Assembly (NCBI GenBank): GCA_010093995.1
Contig: ML992503.1
Span: forward strand, 242,984 to 280,494
Reading direction: 5' to 3'
Origin: Elsinoe ampelina
Taxonomy: Eukaryota
Length of the DNA: 37,511 nt
Of the stretch, positions 1-10,921 are shown piece after piece (positions within the stretch are counted from its first letter, which is position 1; each line of letters starts with the position of its first letter). Under the pieces are notes generated by a model that ran no database searches, had not been told where the DNA came from, and saw only the letters and a list, made by a program, of their open reading frames with translations. Position numbers and translations under genes: made by a program.

Positions 1-3000
1 TCTATCTATATAGCTAAGGAATACTCCTACTCTTCCTCTGTCTATAAGCTTGTCTTTTCTTCTATATATAGAAAGGGACTTTAGGTTTATATAGGTGTAT
101 ACCTTATAGCTCTAGACCCTAATATAATTAACTAATAGCTTAATGCCTGTATAGGCCTTAATAGGTGTAACTTGCTTATTATTAATTATAGGTCCAGTTA
201 CTGTCCTGTTCCTTAGATATGCATCTACCTAAACTGCTTTAGGCTAGAACTTATTTAGCATCTTTAAGTCCTTAAGTATTGCTCTTATACTATTCTTTAA
301 GGTTTAGATACCTTTCTCTACTAGTCTATTCTAAATTGAATTATATAGCTTAGTAGTTATATAATAGATGCCTTCTTAGCGCTCTTACTACTTTAGGATC
401 TTATTAAGTTTACTAGCATTGTCTAATCTAGTAACCTTAACCTTAGTATTACTCTCCTTCTTAACCCTTAGCTTCTACTTAATAAGCCTTTATAGGGCTT
501 TATCTCTTGTCTTAAGTGGTATAATCTATATTATCCTTAAGTAGCTATCTATAAGCTTAAGGAAGTATCTAAATCCTTCCCTACTTACTTTAATAGGACT
601 ATAGATATCTATATAGATAAGCTAAAGAACCTTAAGTCTTCTTTGTAAGGTTTTGCCTCTTCTATTCCTTATCTTTATAAGGGAATAAACCTTATATAGA
701 ACAGATAGATTATAGTTTAGGTTAATAGGTTTCTTAAGAGTTATAACTTTATAAAGATCCCTAAGCTTCTTAATCCTAAGGTAAGTAAATCTCCTATACT
801 AGAGCTAATACTCTATCTTAGAGTTATTAGGTCCTAAGTTAATAAGATTCTCTTATTACTTATCCTAGGTTAGATATACATACTTAGTCTATAATATAAT
901 TATAGGCTAGGTAGTAAGGAATACTAAATCCTAATTAGCTAGATCTAGAATTAAGCTAGGCTTAGATCTAGAATGTAGCTTTTAATTAGCTAATTACTTA
1001 AAGAGGGATTAGATAATATATACCTCCCCTCGAATTCTAGCTTTAAGTAGTAGTTACTTCTACTAATTAAGGACAAGAAAAGAATTTAAATTAAGAACTC
1101 TAGAAACGCCTAAATCTACGCATAGGTTACAATAGGAGACTAAATTAATACTAAGATTAGGTATATAAAGAGCTTATATCTTTATCTTATCTCCCTTCTT
1201 AGTCTTAATAATTGTAGTTTCTATTAACTATAACTAAAGGTAACTCTCCCTAACCTAGATCTATTAAGTGCGAATCTTGCTTAATAGGCCCCTAAAGAGA
1301 GTTAGCTTGTCTATTATATAGTTAGATGCTCTAGAGTTAAGTATCTACTAATAATATAGAAGCTTACCTTAAACCTCTAATGTAAAACCTATAGTTTTAA
1401 GCTCTTTATCCCTAGATAGAACTTCTAGTAGTAGAGATAGAGATGTTAATAATAAACCTCTCTTAGTAGCTAGATAGGCTTTGCCTCTCCTTCTTGATTT
1501 AGCTACTTTAAGAGAGTCTATTCTCTTAGTAAGCTATCTTATAAGTTTAAGTAGTTCCTAGCGCTTAGGTAACTATCTCCTTATAGAGCTACTCCTTTTA
1601 GTAACTCTATAGGATAGCTAGATATACTTCTTAGCTTATTAGAGATAAGGACACCTTAACATAGAGTGTCTAGGTTCCTTATATAAGATATATATATAGT
1701 TTAAGCTCCTACTAGTTCCCTATTATAGTCTACCTCTTATAAACATAGTAGATTCCCCTTCTCCCTTCTATACTTTCTTTTCTTTAAGAATGTTATAGAT
1801 CTTATCTATACTAAGGTGTAGTTAAGCATCTAAGGTATCTCTTATAGTTAACTATAAAGCTAGAAGAGCACTAAGTAGTCTCTAAATTCTTGTTATTAGT
1901 AAGGAGTATTACTTAATCTTTAAAGATCTATTAATTCTCCTTCCTAACATAGTTAGGTATAACTAGGTATCTAAGATAGTTATATTATTACCTATAGTAT
2001 ATATTATAAACTCTTTCTAAAGTTGTCTTGTCTATATACCTATCTACTTTATATACTTGCTCTTTAGCTTCTCCTAAGCTAGTTTAGCCTACTACTATTT
2101 CTAAATTATCTCTTAATCTCTCTTAGAGATATATCTATAGATCTAGTAAAGGGTAGCACTATTCTTCTCTACTAATAGAGGAAAATGCTAGGAGTTAAAT
2201 AAGGAAGTTAATAATAACCCTAGAGTTATCACTAATAGTTTAGTAAGGGAAGTAAGAGTCTATAACACCTTCTTTAATGTAAGCTAGAGCTTTATTTATT
2301 AGAACTACTTCTTATAGTTATCTTTAGAGAGTATAGGCACTAGCTGTCTTAATTAGGTGTTATTGTCTTCTATAGCTAAAGATATATTCTAGAGTAGAAG
2401 AGAATTTTGTAAATAAATAGATAAAGGTTAGAATCCGGAGGTTAATAACCTTTAAGTTAATTCTTCTAGGTGTTAAGATCTCTATACTAGTCTTAACTAG
2501 ATAATTGTTAATAAGATTAATAGGTGCTTAATCTTAAGAGAGAAAACAGTAATAAAACAAATATTGTTTAGTTGTTTATAGCTAATAAATAGCAGCTGTT
2601 GTGCAATTATAGAAATAAATCTATAGTAGACGTCTTAATACGTCCTACTTAATATACTAAGTAACTAGTCCTTTACGCTTTATACTACCTCTACTAATCT
2701 GTCTAGGATTAAGATAATAGAGGAGAAACGGAGGAGAATACTAATAGAATCCGGCCTAATTTTAATAACGTAGATGCTTAACTATAGTATATATAATCCT
2801 ATACTTGTGCTATAGCTCCGGGCTTATAACCTATTAAGTAGAAGGCACGTTTAGGGGTAGAATATTATATAGAACTAATCGCACACTAGTTAGGTAATAG
2901 ACGAGTTAATTGATTTAAAGGAGTCTATCTACTAGAAGAAAGAATAGCTATAAATCCCTAGGCCTTAGCATTACATAACTTAAGGTTATATAACTTTATA

Positions 3001-3034
3001 GCCTAATTATCTAGAGAGAGCTATATTCTTAACA
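1..3034 (-). mobile_element. Ty1/Copia LTR retrotransposon family A, copy 1 (5' half; runs off the left edge of the window), RIP-inactivated
   Basis: Reverse complement of 3918-6960 (position 1 pairs with 6960). 5' LTR at 2832-3034 begins TGTTAAG on the - strand and is followed by GGTTATAAGCCCGG. The gag-pol relic starts near 2373. Confidence 0.95.
2832..3034 (-). repeat. 5' LTR of Copia A copy 1 (203 bp)
   Basis: Matches LTRs 3918-4118 and 9086-9286 apart from transitions and a 2-bp indel. Confidence 0.93.
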
Positions 3035-3090
3035 TATATAATAGTAAAATTTAGGCTAAGTAATAGCTACTTATATAAGACCTAACGATT

Positions 3091-3260
3091 ATAGAGGTAA
3101 GTTAGTAGTAGGTAAAGTTAAGAGGCTTTCTAATAACCTACTACCTACCTCTAACTCTACCCTACGCTAATATACTCTAACTCTACTCTACCTAGCGTGC
3201 TAAGTAGAGTCTACTTAACTCTACCCTAGGTGAGTTATTCCTAACTCTATAACTACTCTA
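3091..3260. mobile_element. Terminus of a hAT-family DNA transposon (TIR plus subterminal repeats); the element body lies to the left
   Basis: Ends ...CTCTATAACTACTCTA, the same 16 bp that end at 21935. It is a diverged inverted match to 9803-9970 and has CTAACTCTA/CTACTCTA subterminal repeats. Confidence 0.7.
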
Positions 3261-3345
3261 ATTACTAATATTAAGGAAGAATTAAAGTATTATTATATTA
3301 TATTATTATAGTAAAGAAATTTATTACTCTACCTATACTATTTCT

Positions 3346-3908
3346 CTAGTATAAGCTACTACCTAAAACTCTAATTCTTAACTAACTACTAACTATAAAC
3401 TTCTAATAGTAGCGCTTAGTAAGGCTAGAGTTCTTATAATTAATAGTAATATACTTAGTATAGATAGCGTTAAGGTTTATATCTATAAATAAGTATTAAT
3501 TAAGGTTTTAATATATATTAAATAGACATATACCTTCTATATATCTAATAATAAATACCTCTACTAATTCTTAGAGAGCTCTAAGTATATTAGCTATCTA
3601 GTAATTAACCTTAAGAGTAAGCTATATATCTTAGAATATCTTATAGATAAGGCGAGAAAAGAGAAGTTTATAGAATAATAATTAAATATTCTTCTAGTAG
3701 TAACAAATCTTATAGAGAGTAATAGCTACCTTCTATTAGTTCTACTCTATAATTAGAAACTATAATAAATACTACTAGGCTTAAATCTCTACTTCTTTCT
3801 AGGCTTAGCTTAGAATTATAATATCTTCTTTATAGTAGGTTACTTCCCTTTATAACTTCTTTCTCTAGGACTAGTAGTAGCTTAAGAATAACCTTTTTTA
3901 CGTACTAT
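3346..3908 (-). pseudogene. Histone H3-like gene, copy 1 (3 exons; introns 3726-3772 and 3483-3533), RIP-inactivated
   Basis: De-RIP reading MARKK...KPRKKQRFKPG/TVAL.EIRRYQK...KLPFSRLI.EI...GALQES.EAF...E/D.NLNAIHAKRVTI..KD..LAKR. Introns are GT..AG. Colinear with 19497-20049. The stop position is uncertain. Confidence 0.88.
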
Positions 3909-3917
3909 AGTAAAGTA

Positions 3918-4118
3918 TGTTAAGAATATAGCTCTCTCTAGATAATTAGGCTATAAAGTTATATAACCTTAAGTTATATAATGCTAAGGCCTAGGGATTT
4001 ATAGCTGTTCTTTCTTCTAGTAGATAGACTTCTTAATTAATTAACTCGTCTATTACCTAACTAGTGTACGATTAGTTCTATATAATATTCTACCCCTAAA
4101 CGTGTCTTCTACTTAATA
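3918..4118 (+). repeat. 5' LTR of Copia A copy 2
   Basis: TG...(C>T)A ends; direct repeat of 9086-9286. Confidence 0.96.
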
Positions 4119-4132
4119 GGTTATAAGCCTAG
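4119..4132 (+). promoter_or_regulatory. Primer binding site, internal (half) tRNA-iMet type
   Basis: GGTTATAAGCCTAG here and GGTTATAAGCCCGG in copy 1, directly after the LTR. This is the RIP form of GGTTATGAGCCC, as in Ty5/copia. Confidence 0.8.
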
Positions 4133-4587
4133 AGCTATAGTATAAGTATAGAATTGTATATACCGTAGTTAAGTATCTACGTTATTAAAATTAGGCCGGA
4201 TTCTATTAGTATTCTCCTCCGTTTCCTCTCTATTATCTTAATCTTAGATAGATTAGTAGAGGCAGTATAAAGCGTAAAAGACTAGTTACTTAGTACATTA
4301 AGTAGGACATATTAAGACGTCTACTATAGATTTATTTCTATAATTGTATAACAGCTGCTATTTATTAGCTATAAATAACTAAACAATAACTAAACAATAT
4401 TTGTTTTATTACTATTTTCTCTCTTAAGATTAAGTACCTATTAATCTTATTAACAATTATCTAGTTAAGACTAGTATAGAGATCTTAACACCTAGAAGAA
4501 TTAACTTAAAGGTTATTAACCTCCGGATTCCAACCTTTATTTATTTATTTATAAAGTTCTTTTCTACTCTAGAACTTATCTTTAGCT

Positions 4588-7500
4588 ATAAAAAACAATA
4601 ATACTTAATTAAGGCAGCTAGTACCTATACTATCTAAAGATAACTATAAGAAGTAGTTCTAATAAATAGAGCTCTAGCTTATATTAAAGAAGGTATTATA
4701 GACTCTTACTTCCCTTACTAAACTGTTAGTAATAACTCTAGGGTTATTATTAACTTCCTTATTTAACTCCTAGTATTCTCCTCTATTAGTAGAGGAGAAT
4801 AGTACTACCCTTTACTAGATTTATAGATATATCTCTAAGAGAGATTAAGAAATAATTTAGGAATAGTAGTAGGCTAAACTAGCTTAGGAGAAGCTAAAGA
4901 GCAAGTATATAAAGTAGATAGGTATATAGGTAAGACAACTTTAGAAAGAGTTTATAATATATACTATAGGTAATAATATAACTATCTTAGATGCCTAGTT
5001 ATACCTAACTATATTAGGAAGGAGAATTAATAAGTCTTTAAAGATTAAGTAATACTCCTTACTAATAATAAGAATTTAAAGACTACTTAGTGCTCTTCTA
5101 GCTTTATAGTTAACTATAAGAGATACCTTAGATACTTAACTCTACCTTAGTATAGATAAGATCTATAACATTCTTAAAGAAAAGAAAGCATAAAAGAGAG
5201 AAGGGGAATCTACTATACTTATAAGAGGTAAGCTATAATAGGGAACTAGTAGGAGCTTAAATTATATATATATCTTATATAAGGAACCTAGACACTCTAT
5301 GTTAAGGTGTTCTTATTTCTAATAAGCTAAGAAGTATATCTAGCTATTCTATAGAGTTACTAAAAGGAGTAGCTCTATAAGGAGATAGTTACCTAAGCGC
5401 TAGAAACTACTTAAACTTATAAGATAGCTTACTAAGAGAATAGACTTCCTTAAAGTAGCTAAATTAAGAAGGAGAGGTAAAGCCTATCTAGCTACTAAGA
5501 GTAGTTTATTATTAATATCTCTATCTCTACTACTAGAAGTTCTATCTAGGGATAAAGAGCTTAAAACTATAGGTTCTATATTAGAGGTTTAAGGTAAGCT
5601 TCTATATTATTAGTAGATACTTAACTCTAGAGTATCTAACTATATAATAGACAAGCTAACTCTCTTTAGAGGCCTATTAAGCAAGATTCGTACTTAATAG
5701 ATCTAGGTTAAAAAGAGTTACTTTTAGTTATAGTTAATAGAAACTATAGTTATTAAGACTAAGAAGAGAGATAAGATAAAGATATAGGCTCTTTATGTAC
5801 CTAATCTTAGTATTAATTTAGTCTCCTATTATAAGCTATACTCGGATTTAGGGGTTTCTAGAGTTTTTAATTTAAATTTGTTTCTTATCCTTAATTAGTA
5901 GAAGCAACTATTGCTTAAAGCTAGAATTTAAGAGGAAGTATATATTATCTAATTCCTCTTTAAGTAATTAGCTAATTAAAAGCCGCATTCTAGATCTAAG
6001 CCTAGCTTAATTCTAGATCTAGCTAATTAGGATTTAGCATTCCTTACTACCTAGCTTATAATTATATTATAGACTAAGTATGTATATCTAACCTAGGATA
6101 AGTAATAAGAGGATCTTATTAACTTAGGACCTAATAACTCTAAGATAGAGTATTAGCTCTAGTATAGGAGATTTACTTACTTTAGAATTAAGAAGCTTAG
6201 GGATCTTTATAAAGTTATAACCCTTAAGAAACCTATTAACCTAAACTATAATCTATCTATTCTATATAAGGTCTATTCCCTTACTAAGATAAGGAATAGA
6301 AAAGGTAAAACCTTATAGAAAAGACTAGAGGTTCTTTAGCTTATCTATACTAATATCTATAGCTTAATTAAAGTAAGTAGAGAAGAATTTAGATACTTTC
6401 TAGAGCTTATAGATAGCTACTTAAGAATAATATAGATTAGTCTACTTAAGATAAGAGATAAAGCTCTATAAAGGCTTATTAAGTAGAAGCTAAGAGTTAA
6501 GAAGGAAAGTAATACTAAGGTTAAAGTTACTAGATTAGATAATACTAGTAAACTTAATAAGATTCTAAAGTAGTAGGAGCGCTAAGAAGATATCTATTAT
6601 ACAACTACTAAGCTATATAATTTAATTTAGAATAGACTAGTAGAGAAAGACATCTAAACCTTAGAGAATAGTATAAGAGTAATACTTAAGGACTTAAAGA
6701 TGCTAAATAAGTTCTAGCCTAAAGTAGTTTAGGTAGATATATACCTAAGGAACAGGACAGTAACTAGACCTATAATCAATAATAAACAAGTTATACCTAT
6801 TAAGGCCTATATAGGCATTAAGCTATTAGTTAATTATATTAGAGTCTAGGGCTATAAGGTATATACCTATATAAACCTAAAGTCCCTTTCTATATATAGA
6901 AGAAAAGATAAGCTTATAGATAGAAGGAGAGTAGGAGTATTCCTTAGCTATATAGATAGAACTAATAGGATATATAAGATATAGGTATTTAATAGGAAAG
7001 TAGTAATTATATTACTAAATGTTAAATTCTCTAAGTTTAAGAAAGATAGTAATATTAATCTTAGTATTAGGATTAATACTATAAGCAATTAAGCACTAGT
7101 TAGGAGACTAGTTAGTAGACTAACTTAGATTTAGACTAAGGTTAGATCTAGGATAGACTAACTAAATTAGCCTATTTAAAATAAAGCACCTATAGGAAGA
7201 ATCTTCTTATATATTAAGATCCTAAGAGTTAACCCTATTAACATTATAGATTTCTAACATAGAGAAGAGCTAATAGTTTAATCTTTACTAACTAACTATA
7301 TAAGTTAATCACTTAAGAGATTAAGAGATAATAACTCTAATAATAAAGGCTCTAAAGCTAAGTACTATAGAGCTTTTATTACTAAGTATATTAATTAGCA
7401 AGATAAGGTTAATAAGATTACTATAATAGTCTCTATTAAGTAACATATCCTAATCCTAAGGGACTACTATAAGGCTATTACTAATCTAGTATAGGGAAGC

Positions 7501-9057
7501 AAATAGAAGAAAGTAATTAATATAGAGCTTAATACTCTACACTTAAACAATATATAGGAAGAGGTTATTTCTCTAAAGGGATCTAACTTAGTAATATCTA
7601 AATAGGTCTTTAATATTAAGTATAATATAGATAGCTCTATTAAAAAGTTTAAGGCTAGACTAGTTACTAGAGGCTTCTTATAGAAGTATAGCATTAACTA
7701 TAAAGATATATTTATACTAATAGTTAGAGTAGATACACTTAGGCTATTCTTCGCTATTGTTTATATATATAACCTTAAGTGTCACTAGGTAGATATTAAT
7801 AACACCTTTATAGAGTTCTTTCTTTATAAAAGGATTTATATAAGGCTACTACCTAGACTAAAGGTTAGTTCTAGATTTGCCTTCCGGATTCTAAGGAGCT
7901 TATATAGACTTAAGTAAGCTACTAGAGACTAGAACTAGCACTATATCTCTAAGCTCCTAAAGCTAGGCTTTACTTAGAGCGAAGTAGACTCTTATCTTCT
8001 TATATACTATAATAAGAAGATTATTCTTTTAGTTTATATTAATAATATACTATTTGTAGTATAAAGTAAAAAGAATATCTAGTAGTTTAAGTAAGAACTT
8101 AGTAAGATCTTTAAGATTAAAGATCTTAGTAAGGTCAATAAAGTTCTTAGGGTTAAGGTTATAAGGGACAGATAATAAAGCACCTTAAGACTTAATTAAA
8201 CCTACTATGTAGATAATATGCTATAGAGGCTTAATATAACCTCTAACAAGGTTACTCTAATAAAGCAGCTAATAGATAATAAACTCCCTTAAAGAGCTTA
8301 GGAAGATAATATAAGGTTTAGTAGAACTAAGTACTTATATACTATTAGAAGCTAGATATACCTTAGCACTCTAACAAGGCTAGATACTGCCTTTGCCTTA
8401 GGAAGGCTAAGTTAGTTCATAGCAGATCTAATAGATAGTTATACTATTAAGATAAAGAAGATGTTAAGATATATTAGATTAACTAAAGATCTTAGTATTA
8501 TATTTAGAAGGAATAGAAATAAGACCCTTAAGGGATACTCTAATTTAGACTATGCCTTAGACAAGTTAGATAGAGTCTCTATCCTTAGATATGTCTTTAT
8601 ACTTGTAGGTAGTTCTATTAGCTAGATAAGTAGGAAGCAGAAGTCTGTTTTAACCTCTACTATAGGGGCTAAATACATAGTAATATACTCTTATATAAAG
8701 AGATTACAGTTCCTGTCTTAGTTACTAAGAGACATAGGCTGTTATAAGATAGTTAGGCAATTACTATAGAGGCTAACTATAAAGGAATCTTAGAAAGCAA
8801 TAATAAGATTACCTTTTACTACTAGGATTAATAGTAATAACTAAGTAGCTCTTTTACTTATAAAAGAGCTATATACTTATAAAAGGGCAAAGTATATTAA
8901 TGTTGCTTACTACTACGTTAGGAGGCTATAGAGGGACTAGAGGATTTAAGTAGAGTTTATAAAGATAGTAGACATAGTAGCTAATAGGTTAACTAAGCTA
9001 TTATAAGGTTAGATCTTTATAAGGTTTATAAAGTAACTTAGCTTATTATTAACCTAA
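4588..9057 (+). pseudogene. Copia gag-pol polyprotein relic (~1490 codons)
   Basis: De-RIP motifs: CX2CX4HX4C knuckle ~5267-5310; protease WILDSGASNHM ~5614-5646; LWHRRF.H ~6157-6180; integrase core ~6340-6760; RT (KARLV.RGF.Q, LYGLKQA.R.W, LVY.DD) ~7450-8250; RNase H (GYSDSDYA, KHIDV.YH) ~8530-9050. Confidence 0.93.
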
Positions 9058-9085
9058 TAGCTTATCTATAGGAGCTAAGTAGGAG

Positions 9086-9286
9086 TATTAAGAATATAGC
9101 TCTCTCTAGATAATTAGGCTATAAAGTTATATAACCTTAAGTTATATAATGCTAAGGCCTAGAGATTTATAGCTGTTCTTTCTTCTAGTAGATAGACTTC
9201 TTAATTAATTAACTTGTCTATTACCTAACTAGTGTGCGATTAGTTCTATATAATATTCTACCCCTAAACGTGCCTTCTACTTAATA
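9086..9286 (+). repeat. 3' LTR of Copia A copy 2
   Basis: Direct repeat of 3918-4118, preceded by a purine-rich tract and followed by the TSD. Confidence 0.96.
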
Positions 9287-9623
9287 AAGTAAGAGGTTAT
9301 TTATATATAGCTAAGAAGTTAAAGTTCGTATATAAAATTTTAATATATATAAAATAGTAAAAAGAAGAGGCTAGAGTAAGAAATATAAAACCTATTATTA
9401 GATATGCTATTTACTATTAATAATAAAGAATAATAGAATAATAGTAAATAACTTATATAATAATAGCTTTCTTATTCCTTACTCTAGCTTCTCTTTTTAT
9501 TATTTTATACATTTATAAATTATAAATTTCTAACTCTAACTTTCTCTTTATACCTTTACCTCTTTTACTTACCTTATATATAATTTATATACTATAAATA
9601 CTCTTTTTATTACCTTTAATTAA

Positions 9624-9802
9624 ATATCTATACCTATAGAAGACATTAAGATAGAGTAGAAAGAGTAGGTAGTAATTAAGTAAGAAGAAGACAATAGAGA
9701 GAATGTTCTAAGAGAATTATTAGGGGTATTAATTATAGTCTCTTATTATATATAGTTACTAACAATACTAGAGATTTAATTCTAAGTAGTAGAAAATTAA
9801 AC
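9624..9802 (+). pseudogene. Truncated 5' fragment of the acidic-tail ORF3 paralogue (exon 1, intron 1, start of exon 2)
   Basis: Colinear with 20389-20567; similarity ends abruptly at the hAT TIR at 9803. Confidence 0.75.
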
Positions 9803-10190
9803 TAGAGTAGTTAGTAGATAGTAGGTATTCTACTACGGGTAGAGTAGAGTATTATTTCTTAGCATAGTAGGTATAGGTTAGGTAGAGTATTCTTAGTAGT
9901 AGGTATAGTAGGGGTTAGGTAGTAGATATTTTATATACCTAAATACTCTACCTACTATAACTTACACCTATATATAGGTAGGTATTACGTAAGTAATAGA
10001 AGCTTCTCTTAATTCTCTAATATAAGACATTATATAGAATTTAAAATTAGAAAGGACAGTAATAATTATAGTCTCTAATTATAGCATCTTATATGCTTAG
10101 TTATTATAATTATAAATAGTTCTATTCTATACCCTTATAGATAATCTTATATGCTTTACTAGAGGCTTGTTATTATTAATATTATTATTC

Positions 10191-10394
10191 TAATTACGAC
10201 TAGCAAGATAAGGGAGTTAATTATATCTATTTATTAAGATATCGAGACTTAGAAGAAGAAGAAGAAAAGCTAGTATACAAAGCACGCGTAATATCGAGGG
10301 CGGAGCAGCTAGAAGCCTAGGCCGCGATACTAAAATTACATAACTAATCTAAACTATATCCTAACTAAATCTAGTTCGTATCTATCTCGTATTA
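10191..10394 (-). repeat. 3' LTR of Gypsy B copy 1
   Basis: Direct repeat of 16376-16579; the PPT complement CTATCTTCTCTCTT is adjacent at 10395. Confidence 0.95.
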
Positions 10395-10717
10395 CTATCT
10401 TCTCTCTTAAGTGTATTTACTCTTAAATACTATTATATATTATTTATTAATCTATTTCGGCCTTAGCTTATCTATGTAAGAGTCTAGATAGTTATATAGC
10501 ACGTTAGCTACTCCTTTAAGATTGTTAATTAGCCACTAGGTAAGATTCTCTAGATAGCTCTTCTAGCTTATATAAGTAACTAGTTTACTACGTAGTATAT
10601 GTATATTAACTACGTCGTCTACCTCGTATTTCTCTTTACTATTAACTTCTATCGGAGGTAGTTCCTTAAAGACTTAGCCTAGTAGAGAGTTATTTAGATG
10701 CTTAGTAAGTAGATTAG

Positions 10718-10921
10718 TAATACGAGATAGATACGAACTAGATTTAGTTAGGATGTAGTTTAGATTAGTTACATAATCTTAGCATCGCGGCCCGGGCTTC
10801 TAGCCGCTCTGCCCTTAATATTACATGTGCTTTATATACTAGCTTTTCTTCTTCTTCTTCTAAGTCTTAATATCTTAACGAATAGACGTAATTAACCCCC
10901 TTATCTTACTAGTCGTAATTA
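10718..10921 (+). mobile_element. Solo LTR of Gypsy family B, in opposite orientation inside Gypsy B copy 1
   Basis: Complete 204-bp LTR with flanks ATTAG (10713-10717) and ATCGG (10922-10926), which differ only by transitions. The uninterrupted site is present in copy 2 near 32861-32865. Confidence 0.93.

Larger units (their letters stand above)
3918..9286 (+). mobile_element. Ty1/Copia LTR retrotransposon family A, copy 2, full length (5369 bp), RIP-inactivated
   Basis: 201-bp LTRs at 3918-4118 and 9086-9286. 5-bp TSD AAGTA at 3913-3917 and 9287-9291, with the empty site visible at 20054-20058. PBS at 4119 and purine tract before 9086. Domain order gag-PR-IN-RT-RH. Confidence 0.97.

Noticed and set aside
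7467..7694. 75-aa ORF from the supplied track
   Set aside because: It is antisense to the Copia RT (KARLV.RGF region); a chance open frame.
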